Below are positions 13,851 through 22,260 of a stretch of 64,000 bases of DNA, one piece after another. The stretch covers positions 22,828-86,827 of the forward strand of contig JAFGEZ010000022.1 in NCBI GenBank assembly GCA_016931295.1. Direction: 5' to 3'. Origin of the DNA: Candidatus Krumholzibacteriota bacterium. Lineage in GTDB: Bacteria > Krumholzibacteriota > Krumholzibacteriia > Krumholzibacteriales > Krumholzibacteriaceae. The position numbers and the translations under genes are program-made. A model generated the notes under the pieces. That model saw only the letters and a program-made list of their open reading frames with translations, had not been told where the DNA came from and ran no database searches. How positions within the stretch are numbered: the first letter of the stretch is position 1; each line of letters opens with the position of its first letter.

Positions 13851-16800
13851 TCACCGCGCCATCGAACGGACCCGCTCCGACCAGTCGCGCAGGTCGTCGA
13901 GCAGGACGTAGATCGTCGGCAGGATCAGCAGGGTGATCGCCGTCGAGAAGGTCAGTCCACCGACGATCGCGCGGGCCATCGGAAAATATGGCGGTCCGTC
14001 CCCGCCGATCTGCGTGCGCACCACGCAGAGGGGGACGAGGCTGAGTACGGTGGTGCCGGCCGTCATGAGGATCGGCCGGAGCCGGTCGCGTCCCGCCTGG
14101 AGGATCGCCTCGTTCCGGGGCAGCCCCGACGCGCGGAGCCGGTTGATGTGATCGACGAGAACGATCCCGTTGTTCACGACGACGCCGATCAGGATGAGTA
14201 TCCCGATCATGCCCATCAGCGACATCACGGTGCCGGTGATGAGGAAGAACCAGTAGACGCCGATCACGGCGAAGATGATCTGCGTCCAGATGGCGGCGGG
14301 AAAGAGCAGCGACTCGAAGAGGGCCGCCATCACGAAATAGATCAGGGCGAGTGCGAGGAGCATGTTGACGAGCATCGTGTTCATCGCCTCCCGCTCGTAG
14401 TCGAACTGCTCGCCGAAATTCCACGTGTATCCGGAGGGGAGGGTGTAGTTGCCCATGATTTGCCGGACGAGATCCCGGGCGTCCCCCGTCGTGATCCCGT
14501 CGACGTGGGCGGTGACGCCGAGCGACGTCGTGCGGTTCTCGCGGTAGATCGTCCGCGGGCCGCGCGCGAGCCGGAAATCGGCCAGCGTGCCGATCGAGAT
14601 CGGCTGTCCGTTCTCGAGGATCATCGGCACGTTGCGGAGCTGGTCGAGCGACTGGCGGTCGGTGTCCTGGAACATCAGCCGCATCTCGACCTCGCCGGTC
14701 TCGTTCCGGAAGCGCCGCAGGTTGATGCCGCGCATCGCCGCCGAGACGACCGTCGCGACCTCCCGCGCCGAGACGCCGTACTGCCGCGCGCGGTCGCGGT
14801 CGACGACCACCTGCACCTCGCGCTCGCCCGTCTCGGCGTCGGAGCGGACGTCCGAGAAGCCGGTTACCTGCGAGAGCGTCCAGGCGATGTCGCGGGAGAT
14901 CTCCACGAGCTGCTCGCTGGATTTGCCGGTGAGCTGGAGGCGGACCGTGTTTCCGCGTCCCTCGTCCATCCGCTCGAAGGAGGGATTGGCGATCGCCATC
15001 TTCGGCAGGCTGTCCCGGATCGCCTCCTTGATCTCCTCGATCGATTTCCTGGCCGCGTCCCCCTTCCGGAGGTTGATCGTGGACATCGCGTAGTTGCCCT
15101 GGTAGTAGGAGTAGATCGATTCGATCTCGAACTCGTCCTCGTGGTCGAAGAGGTATTCCTCGTAGACGTCGACGGCGGCCTCGACCTTCTCGACCGTGTA
15201 GCTGTCGTTGATGTTGTACCGCAGACGGAGGCGGCGGTCTTCCGGGTCGGCGAAGAACTCGTTCTTCACGAGGGCCATCGGCGCGGCGACGCTCACCAGC
15301 ACGAGAAGGATGATGCCGACGCTCGCCTTGTGGTGGTCGAGCGACCAGCCGAGGACGCGGTGGTACCGGTCGATCAGGCCGTCGATCACCGTCCGTTTCG
15401 GTCTGCCCGCCGGCGGCTTCAGCCGGGACGCGAGGAGCGGCACGATCGTCTGGGCGAGAATGAGCGACACGCCCAGCGCGATGCAGATCGAGAAGGCGAT
15501 GTGCTTGAGATAGATGGCGATGTCGTTGTTGTCGGAGACGATGTTGGGGAGGAAGACGATCGCCGTCGTCGCCGTTCCCGCGGTGATGGCGAGGGAGACC
15601 TCGTTGACGCCCCGGAGGATCGCCTTCCGCGGCTGCTCGTGCATGATCTGGTGGCGGTGGATGCTCTCGGTCACCACGACCGCGTTGTCCACGAGCATTC
15701 CCACGGCGAGCATGAGACCCATCATCGAGAGGATGTTCAGCGAGAGCCCCAGGAAATACATGAAGCTCAGCGTGATGAGGAGCGACAGTGGCACGGCGAG
15801 GGCGACGATCAGGGTGGTCGCGAGCCGCCGGAGGAAGAGGTAGAGCAGGACGATGGCGAGCGCGCCGCCGAGCAGCCCGGCCTTGAGCACCTCGCGCAGC
15901 GAGCTCTGGACGCCCTCGGACATGTTGTCCATGTAGTAGATGGCGATTCCGTCCATCTCGGGAAGGCCGCGGATCCGGTCGATCTCCTCGATCACGCGGT
16001 CGGCCACGTCGACGAGGTTCGCCCCCGATTCCTTGAAGATGTCGACGCCGACGGCGTACTTGCGGTTCAGGTGCCTGCCGTAGGTGAGGTCGGGGTGGTC
16101 GTAGGCGATCTCGGCGATGTCGCGGAGATGCAGGTTGTGCTCGCCGACGACGATCGAGCCGATCTCCTCGACCGTCTTCAGCTCGCCGACGGGGCGCAGA
16201 ACGAATCGACGGCCGTTGTCGGTGATCTTGCCGGCCGTCACGAGGAAGTTCTCCCGCCGCAGCGTCTCGGTGAGTCTGGCGAGGTCGATACGGTGTTCGA
16301 TCACGCGGTCGGCGAGAAGCTGGATGCGGATCTCCCGCCGCGATACGCCGTAGAGGTCCACCTTGGAGACGCCGGCGATCCGTTCGATGCGCCGCTTGAC
16401 GTTCCGGTTGAGCATGTCGAACGCGTTCGAGAGCTCGCGGTTGCTCGAGATGCGCAACTGGAGGATGTGCATGTCGCTCGTCGAGAACTTGAAGATGTGG
16501 AAGCGCTCGAGATCGTCCGGGAAGAGTGTCCGGATGCCCTCGAGCTTCTCCTTCGCCTCGAGGGCCTTCAGGTTGGCGTTGATGCCCCAGTTGAAGTCGA
16601 ACTGGATTCCCGCGCCGTTCTCGCGAGACCACGAACGCATCCGCTTGTACCCGCTGATCGTCGCGAGGACCTCCTCCGCGGGGCGGGTGATCTGCCGCTC
16701 GATCTCCTCCGGCGTCGACCCCGGGTAGGGGATGTCGACGTAGATGAAGGGGGCGTCCACGTCGGGAAAATACTCGAGGGGGAGCAGTCGCGCGCAGATC

Positions 16801-16877
16801 GCGCCGACGACGACGAAGCAGAGAAAGAACATCATCGTCGTCACGGGGCGTTTGAGCGAGAACTCGGCGAGGTTCAT
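13851..16877 (-). CDS. RND efflux permease (AcrB/MdtC-like), second of a tandem pair
   Basis: Start at ATG 16877 (ATGA overlap with the upstream RND stop). Sequence MNLAEFSLKRPVTTMMFFLCFVVVGAI... contains 12-TM RND hallmarks (MGLMLAVGMLVDNAVVV, GILILIGVVVNNGIVLVD, RLRPILMTAGTTV). Confidence 0.9.
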   Translation of the reverse strand: MNLAEFSLKRPVTTMMFFLCFVVVGAICARLLPLEYFPDVDAPFIYVDIPYPGSTPEEIERQITRPAEEVLATISGYKRMRSWSRENGAGIQFDFNWGINANLKALEAKEKLEGIRTLFPDDLERFHIFKFSTSDMHILQLRISSNRELSNAFDMLNRNVKRRIERIAGVSKVDLYGVSRREIRIQLLADRVIEHRIDLARLTETLRRENFLVTAGKITDNGRRFVLRPVGELKTVEEIGSIVVGEHNLHLRDIAEIAYDHPDLTYGRHLNRKYAVGVDIFKESGANLVDVADRVIEEIDRIRGLPEMDGIAIYYMDNMSEGVQSSLREVLKAGLLGGALAIVLLYLFLRRLATTLIVALAVPLSLLITLSFMYFLGLSLNILSMMGLMLAVGMLVDNAVVVTESIHRHQIMHEQPRKAILRGVNEVSLAITAGTATTAIVFLPNIVSDNNDIAIYLKHIAFSICIALGVSLILAQTIVPLLASRLKPPAGRPKRTVIDGLIDRYHRVLGWSLDHHKASVGIILLVLVSVAAPMALVKNEFFADPEDRRLRLRYNINDSYTVEKVEAAVDVYEEYLFDHEDEFEIESIYSYYQGNYAMSTINLRKGDAARKSIEEIKEAIRDSLPKMAIANPSFERMDEGRGNTVRLQLTGKSSEQLVEISRDIAWTLSQVTGFSDVRSDAETGEREVQVVVDRDRARQYGVSAREVATVVSAAMRGINLRRFRNETGEVEMRLMFQDTDRQSLDQLRNVPMILENGQPISIGTLADFRLARGPRTIYRENRTTSLGVTAHVDGITTGDARDLVRQIMGNYTLPSGYTWNFGEQFDYEREAMNTMLVNMLLALALIYFVMAALFESLLFPAAIWTQIIFAVIGVYWFFLITGTVMSLMGMIGILILIGVVVNNGIVLVDHINRLRASGLPRNEAILQAGRDRLRPILMTAGTTVLSLVPLCVVRTQIGGDGPPYFPMARAIVGGLTFSTAITLLILPTIYVLLDDLRDWSERVRSMAR

Positions 16878-19800
16878 CCCGGCCCGCCCTTCCCGGTTCC
16901 CGCCGGCCCCGCGCCGCTCTTCGTCCGGTCGAGCACGGAATACATGACCGGGATCACGATGAGCGTGAGCAGGGTCGAGACGGTGAGCCCCCCGATCACG
17001 GTGATCGCCATCGGGGCGCGGATCTCGGCCCCCTCGCCGATCCCGATCGCCAGGGGCAGGAGGCCGAGCGAGGTGGTGAGCATCGTCATCATGATCGGCC
17101 GGAGCCGGGAATGGGCCCCCTCGACGATCGCCTCGCGCTTCTCCATGCCGCGCCGCCTGAGCTGGTTGACGTAGTCGACCAGGACGATCGCGTTGTTCAC
17201 GACGATGCCCGCGAGAAGGATCAACCCGATCAGAACGACGACGCTGATCGTCGATTTGGTGATCGACAGGGCCAGCACGACCCCGATGAGCGCGAGCGGG
17301 ATCGTGAAGAGGATGACGAAGGGGTGCAGGAAGGACTCGAACTGGCTCGCCATCACCAGGTAGACGAGGAAGACGGCCAGCAGCAGGGCGAACTGCAGCG
17401 AACGGAAGGAGGCTGACATCTCCCGGTTCTGCCCCGTGAGGCTCGCCGTTATCCCCGCGGGAACGGCGGTCTGGCGGATGATCTCCTCGATCTCGAAGGC
17501 CGCCGCGCCGAGGTCCCCCATGGCGAGATTCGCCGTGACGATCGCGACGCGCTCCTGGTCGACCCGGCGGATCTCCCCGGGGCCGGTCTCGATGACGATG
17601 TCGGCGACGGCGTCGAGCGTGACGGGGTATTCGCTCTCCGGGTTGATGATCAGCCGGCGGATCTTCTCGACGGAATTCCGGTCGTTCTCGCGGGCGCGCA
17701 CGAGGACGTCGATCTTCCGGTCGCGCCACGAGTAGCGCGTCGCCACGTCGCCGCGGACCTTGGAGACGACGCGGTCGGCCACCTCGTAGACGGCGAAACC
17801 GAGCGAAGCGGCCCGTTCGCGGTCGAACCGGATCTGGATCTCGGGGTGGCCGCTCTTCATCGTGTTCTTCACGTCGGCGAAGCGCGGCGAGGCGTCGAGA
17901 CGCCGGGCGATCTCGTCGGAGACGCGGCGCAGGTGGCGGAGCTCGTAGCCGGCGACCTCGATCTCGATCGGCGTCTTGAAGCTGAAGAGCGTCGGCCGGG
18001 CGAACTTGTACTGCAGGTCGGGCTGCGCGGCGAGCTCGAGGCGCAGAAGGTCGATCACCCTCGCCTCGTCCTCGTGGCCCGATCCCGGCGCGAGGGAGAC
18101 GTTCAATTCCCCCCAGTTCTCGCCGCCCTGCTCGGGGTCCGCGTCCATGCGGTTGCCCGTGCCGGCGACGGCGAAGGTCGTCTTGACGCCGTCGATGTTC
18201 CCCGCGGCCTCCTGGATGCCGGCGATCGCCTCGTCGGTCGCCTCGAGGGGGGTGCCGGGGGAGAGGCGGAACTCCACCTGGAATTCACCCTGCGAGAGCT
18301 GCGGGATGAGCTCGACGCCGATGCGCGTCGCGGCGGCCAGCGAGACGACGAAGAGGCCGAAGGCGATGAAAAGCACCGCGGCCCGGTGGTCGAGCGACCA
18401 GTCGAGCGCCGCGTGATATCGTTTCTCCACGCGCGAGTAGACGGCGAGGAAGAGCCGGAGGAAGGGTTTGACGAGAAAGAGCGCCACGCGGGACAGGATC
18501 TTCGCGGCGAACCGCAGGGCCCGGACGACGCAGACGGGCGCCGTCGTGAAGAGCGCACGGCCGATCCGGGAGAAGACGCGCGCGATACGGTTGCGCGGCG
18601 GCGTCTTCGGCCGGGGCGGTGGCGCCGCGGCCGCGTGCCCGTGCAGCGAGGCGAGCATCGGTATGAGGGTGAGGGCGACCCAGAGGGACGCGAGCAGGGC
18701 GAAGGTGACGGTCAGCGCCTGGTCGCGGAAGAGCTGCCCGGATATCCCCTTGACGAACACGAGGGGGAGGAAGACGGCGACCGTCGTGAGCGTGGAGGCC
18801 GTCACGGCCGTGCCGACCTCGCTCGCCCCGTCGCGGGCCGCGTCCCCGGCCGTCTTGCCCCGTTCCCGGTGCCGGGCGATGTTCTCGAGCACGACGATCG
18901 AGTTGTCGACGAGCATGCCTATCCCGAGCGCGATGCCGCCGAGCGACATGATGTTGAGCGTCAGGTCGGCGCCGAACATCAGGTTGAAGGTGGCGATCAC
19001 CGACACGGGGATCGACAGCGAGATGATGACCGTCGCCCAGAAGTTCTGCAGGAAGAAGTAGAGGACGAAGACGGCGAGCAGTCCGCCGATGACGCCGGCC
19101 TGGATGACCTCGGTGATCGCCTGGGAGATGAAGGTCGACTGGTCGTAGACCTCGACGAGCTCGTAGCCGTCGGGAAGAAGGTCGCGGACCCGGGCGAGCC
19201 GGCGTTCCACGTCGCGCGCGACGCTCACGGTGTTCGCGTCGCCCTCCTTGTAGACGGCGATCTCCACCGCCTCGCGCCCGTCGAGGCGCGTGACGGCCTC
19301 CCGTTCCTTGAAGCCGTGCAAGACCGTGGCGATGTCGCGCAGGTAGACCGGCTTGCCGTCCTTCGTCGAGACGATGACGTCGCCGATCTCCCCGATCGAG
19401 CGGAACTGGTTGAGCGTCCGCACGAGGTACTGCTGGGTGCCCTCCTCGAGCCGTCCGCCCGAGAGGTTCACGTTCTCGGCGCCGATCTGGGCGGCGAGCC
19501 GGTCGATCGGCAGGTCGAGCTGCGCGAGGCGCCCCTGGTCGACGAGAATCTGGATCTCGTCCTCGAGTCCTCCGCTGACCTTCACCGCGGCGACGCCCCG
19601 GGCGGCCTCGAGCTCCTTCTTGATCTCCTCCTCGGCGAAGCGGCGCAGGAACTTCAGTTCCTCCTCGTCGAAGATGCCGGCAAGCGCGGGCGCGGCGCCG
19701 ACCGACGCCCCGTATGCCACGGTGTCGGCGTCCGAGCCGGCGAGGATGACGTCCGGCGGGGCGACCGGGGCGGCGTCCTTCTTCCGGCAGAAGCCGAAGC

Positions 19801-20212
19801 GGATGATCGGCTCGAGGGAGGGGTCGAACCGCAGGATCGTGGGCCGGGGGACGTCGAGGGGCAGCTCGAGGGCGTCGAGCTTCTCGCGCACGTCGAGGCC
19901 GGCGTAATCCATGTCCGTGCCCCACTCGAATTCGAGGATGACGTCGGACTGGCCGGAGCGCGAGATCGACGAGACGCGGGTCACGTTCTTGACGACGCCG
20001 ACGGCCTCCTCGATCGGTTTCGAGATCAGGTTCTCGATCTCGGCGGGGGCGGCGCCGGGATATTCCGTCCGGACGGTGAGGGTCGGGTAGGTGAGCTCGG
20101 GAAGCAGGTTCATCTTGAGACGGGAGAAGGAGACGGCGCCGAAGAGGAGGACCGCGAGCGTGAACATGGCCACCGTCACGCGGCGCCTGATCGAGAGGTC
20201 GATGATGTTCAT
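16874..20212 (-). CDS. RND efflux permease (AcrB/MdtB-like), first of a tandem pair
   Basis: Track ORF of 1112 aa. Sequence MNIIDLSIRRRVTVAMFTLAVLLFG..., GIALGIGMLVDNSIVVLEN, GLILLAGIVVNNAIVLVD, RLRPIMMTMLTT. The start overlaps the adaptor stop by 1 nt (TAATG). Confidence 0.9.
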   Translation of the reverse strand: MNIIDLSIRRRVTVAMFTLAVLLFGAVSFSRLKMNLLPELTYPTLTVRTEYPGAAPAEIENLISKPIEEAVGVVKNVTRVSSISRSGQSDVILEFEWGTDMDYAGLDVREKLDALELPLDVPRPTILRFDPSLEPIIRFGFCRKKDAAPVAPPDVILAGSDADTVAYGASVGAAPALAGIFDEEELKFLRRFAEEEIKKELEAARGVAAVKVSGGLEDEIQILVDQGRLAQLDLPIDRLAAQIGAENVNLSGGRLEEGTQQYLVRTLNQFRSIGEIGDVIVSTKDGKPVYLRDIATVLHGFKEREAVTRLDGREAVEIAVYKEGDANTVSVARDVERRLARVRDLLPDGYELVEVYDQSTFISQAITEVIQAGVIGGLLAVFVLYFFLQNFWATVIISLSIPVSVIATFNLMFGADLTLNIMSLGGIALGIGMLVDNSIVVLENIARHRERGKTAGDAARDGASEVGTAVTASTLTTVAVFLPLVFVKGISGQLFRDQALTVTFALLASLWVALTLIPMLASLHGHAAAAPPPRPKTPPRNRIARVFSRIGRALFTTAPVCVVRALRFAAKILSRVALFLVKPFLRLFLAVYSRVEKRYHAALDWSLDHRAAVLFIAFGLFVVSLAAATRIGVELIPQLSQGEFQVEFRLSPGTPLEATDEAIAGIQEAAGNIDGVKTTFAVAGTGNRMDADPEQGGENWGELNVSLAPGSGHEDEARVIDLLRLELAAQPDLQYKFARPTLFSFKTPIEIEVAGYELRHLRRVSDEIARRLDASPRFADVKNTMKSGHPEIQIRFDRERAASLGFAVYEVADRVVSKVRGDVATRYSWRDRKIDVLVRARENDRNSVEKIRRLIINPESEYPVTLDAVADIVIETGPGEIRRVDQERVAIVTANLAMGDLGAAAFEIEEIIRQTAVPAGITASLTGQNREMSASFRSLQFALLLAVFLVYLVMASQFESFLHPFVILFTIPLALIGVVLALSITKSTISVVVLIGLILLAGIVVNNAIVLVDYVNQLRRRGMEKREAIVEGAHSRLRPIMMTMLTTSLGLLPLAIGIGEGAEIRAPMAITVIGGLTVSTLLTLIVIPVMYSVLDRTKSGAGPAGTGKGGPG

Positions 20213-21282
20213 TACCGCTTCGCCCCCCGCCGGCTCACGATATCGACCGTCGAGCTGTCCTTGAGGCTGCTCTTGCCGGTGGTCACGAGCGTGTCGCCCG
20301 GCAACAGCCCCTCGAGGATCTCGACGTGCGTCGTGTTCTCGTAGCCGATCGTCACGAAGCGCCTCACGGCGATGCTGTCCTGCACGACGAAGACGGCGGA
20401 TTCGCGGTCCTCGGCCATGATGGCGTCCTTCGGGGCGAGAACGGTGTTCTCGTGCACGTCGTAGATGATCTTGACGCGGGCGAACATCCCGGGCCGGAGC
20501 CGGCGCGACGGGTCGCGCATCTCGACCGTCACCTTGACCGTCCCCGTGCCCGGATCGACGACGGGGCTGAGCCGCTTGATGCGTCCGGTGAAGTCCGCCC
20601 CGGGCAGGGCGTCGATCTGCAGGCGCGACTCCTGGCCGACCCGCAGCCGCGAGATCTGCTTCTCGGGCACGTGCAGCACGGCGATCAGGGGATCGAGCCC
20701 GGTGACACGGTAGACCGGCTGGTTGGGGAGGATCATGTTGCCGACCTTGACGAGCCGCTCGGCGACGACGCCGGCGATCGGCGTGCGGATGTCGGTGTAC
20801 TTCAGGTCGAGCCTGGCCAGGTCGAAGGCCGCCTTCTGCTGCTCGTAATCGTACTTGGCCTGCTGGAAGACCTCGGTCGAGACGAGCTGTTTCGCGTGCA
20901 GGTCCTCGTTCCGGCGGTAACTGTTCTCCAGGCGGGCGAGATTTGCCTGCGCCTGTTCGAGCTGGACGGCGATCTTCTCCTCGTCGAGCTTCGCGATGAC
21001 CTGCCCGGCCTGCACGTAGTCCCCCTCCTCCACGAGGATCCGCTCGACGACGCCGCCGACCTTGGCGACGACCTCGGTCTCCTGCTCGGCCTCGACCGTG
21101 GCCGTGCCGGTGAAATAGGCCGCGATGTCACCCGAGATGACGGCGCCGATCTCGACGGGCACGACGAGCTTGTTTTTTCCCTTGTCGGTCGTGGTCGAGT
21201 TCGACCTGCTGCAGCCCCATTGCGCCGATGCGAGCGCGGTCAGCAGCAGAACGAAGGCAATGAGGCTCACGTTCCGTTTCAT
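20212..21282 (-). CDS. RND efflux periplasmic adaptor (membrane fusion protein, HlyD family) lipoprotein
   Basis: Track ORF of 356 aa. Signal peptide with a Cys (ALASAQWGC). Lipoyl/hairpin pattern: VGGVVERILVEEGDYVQAGQVIAKLD, a coiled-coil segment, then YTDIRTPIAGVV. Confidence 0.9.
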   Translation of the reverse strand: MKRNVSLIAFVLLLTALASAQWGCSRSNSTTTDKGKNKLVVPVEIGAVISGDIAAYFTGTATVEAEQETEVVAKVGGVVERILVEEGDYVQAGQVIAKLDEEKIAVQLEQAQANLARLENSYRRNEDLHAKQLVSTEVFQQAKYDYEQQKAAFDLARLDLKYTDIRTPIAGVVAERLVKVGNMILPNQPVYRVTGLDPLIAVLHVPEKQISRLRVGQESRLQIDALPGADFTGRIKRLSPVVDPGTGTVKVTVEMRDPSRRLRPGMFARVKIIYDVHENTVLAPKDAIMAEDRESAVFVVQDSIAVRRFVTIGYENTTHVEILEGLLPGDTLVTTGKSSLKDSSTVDIVSRRGAKR

Positions 21283-21407
21283 CGTGCGTTACTCCCTGAA
21301 TGGATTGCAATGGTTCCCTCTCGACAGGGATACGGAATGTCGGCGGGCGGAGTTTCAGGAATTCATCCGTCCGGTGCACGGTTGGACAGGGGAAGAGCCG
21401 GCGGGTT

Positions 21408-21872
21408 TCAGTCGACGGCGATCCGCCGCTCTCGCCAGGCGATCACCGCCGCGGGGAGCGTATGCGCGAGATACAGGAGCCCCATCACGGCGATCATTCC
21501 CAGCGAGCCACGCGTCTTCGGCTCGAAGGAGAGCAGCGGGAAACGCGAAACGATGTTCGCCAGCAGGAGATAGACCAGCGCGATGACGGTGAAGACGGCG
21601 TAGGCGTACCGCAGGGCCTCGCGCGTCAGCTGCACCTCGCGCTCGTCCAGGCGATCGCCGGGCGCATGGACGAGCCGCCACAGCCCCGTGCGGCCGTAGA
21701 GGGAGACGAAGCTCCAGATGCCCACCGCGGCGAGGCAGACGAGCGCGGCGGCCGGCCTGAATCCCCATCCCGCGCGCGCCGCCGCGGCGAAGACGGCGAT
21801 GAAGAGAACGAGGGCCGCATAGTTCAGGACGATCCACGCGCGGCGCGTGCCGATCGAGTGTTCGCGTTTCAT
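21408..21872 (-). CDS. Small integral membrane protein (4 predicted TM helices), partner of the XRE regulator
   Basis: Last 154 aa of track ORF 21408..22622. ATG 21872 forms an ATGA overlap with the XRE stop. Hydrophobic segments include WIVLNYAALVLFIAVFAAAA, ALVCLAAVGIWSFVSL, AVFTVIALVYLLLANIV and MIAVMGLLYLAHTL. Confidence 0.7.
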   Translation of the reverse strand: MKREHSIGTRRAWIVLNYAALVLFIAVFAAAARAGWGFRPAAALVCLAAVGIWSFVSLYGRTGLWRLVHAPGDRLDEREVQLTREALRYAYAVFTVIALVYLLLANIVSRFPLLSFEPKTRGSLGMIAVMGLLYLAHTLPAAVIAWRERRIAVD

Positions 21873-22135
21873 CGAGAATTCCCTCCCCGGTTCCGGTAGT
21901 CGAGCAATTCCTCGCTCAGCGCCCGCATCGGCTCCGTCGAGAAGACCAGGTCGACTGGCAGGCCGAAGAATTCGCTGATGCGCAGGGCGAGATCGAGGCT
22001 CGGGTTGTATTCTTCGCGCTCGAGGTAGCCGACGGTCTGGACGTTGACGCCGATCCGGTCGGCCAGCTCCCGGCGCGAGACGCCGCGTTCCTTGCGGAGG
22101 ACGGCGATCCGGTTGTACAGCTTCCGCGTTTCCAT
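21869..22135 (-). CDS. XRE/Cro-family helix-turn-helix transcriptional regulator
   Basis: Track ORF of 88 aa. Sequence LRKERGVSRRELADRIGVNVQTVGYLEREEYNPSLDLALRISEFFG is a textbook HTH_XRE. Confidence 0.9.
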   Translation of the reverse strand: METRKLYNRIAVLRKERGVSRRELADRIGVNVQTVGYLEREEYNPSLDLALRISEFFGLPVDLVFSTEPMRALSEELLDYRNRGGNSR

Positions 22136-22141
22136 GTCGGT

Positions 22142-22171
22142 AATATATCACGAAATATTGTATATATACAA
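22142..22171 (-). promoter_or_regulatory. Promoter with perfect 14-bp palindromic operator; predicted leaderless XRE transcript
   Basis: Minus strand: the palindrome TTGTATATATACAA (22171-22158) overlaps the -35 region. The -10 TATATT (22147-22142) ends 6 nt before ATG 22135, and there is no SD. Confidence 0.5.
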
Positions 22172-22182
22172 CTAATTTCAGT

Positions 22183-22221
22183 AAAAAAACGACGCCCGGC
22201 CGGAACACCAGGCCGGCCGGG
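22183..22221 (-). terminator. Rho-independent terminator after the Gly/Met-repeat lipoprotein gene
   Basis: Minus strand: CCCGGCCGG, 9-nt loop, CCGGCCGGG, then cgtcg and TTTTTTT. It lies 40 nt downstream of the stop at 22261. Confidence 0.55.
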
Positions 22222-22260
22222 TACACGTGATTCCCTTGTAATACGTGCAGGAAAAAGCGG

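Noticed and set aside
13749-20344. ORFs 13749..17174 (+), 13780..16632 (-), 17846..20344 (+) and 18285..19925 (-) across the RND permease genes. Also the N-terminal 284 aa of track ORF 13851..17729.
   Set aside because: These are shadow or out-of-frame ORFs. Only the frames starting at 16877 and 20212 (minus strand) give 12-TM RND sequences, and they are linked by ATGA and TAATG overlaps.
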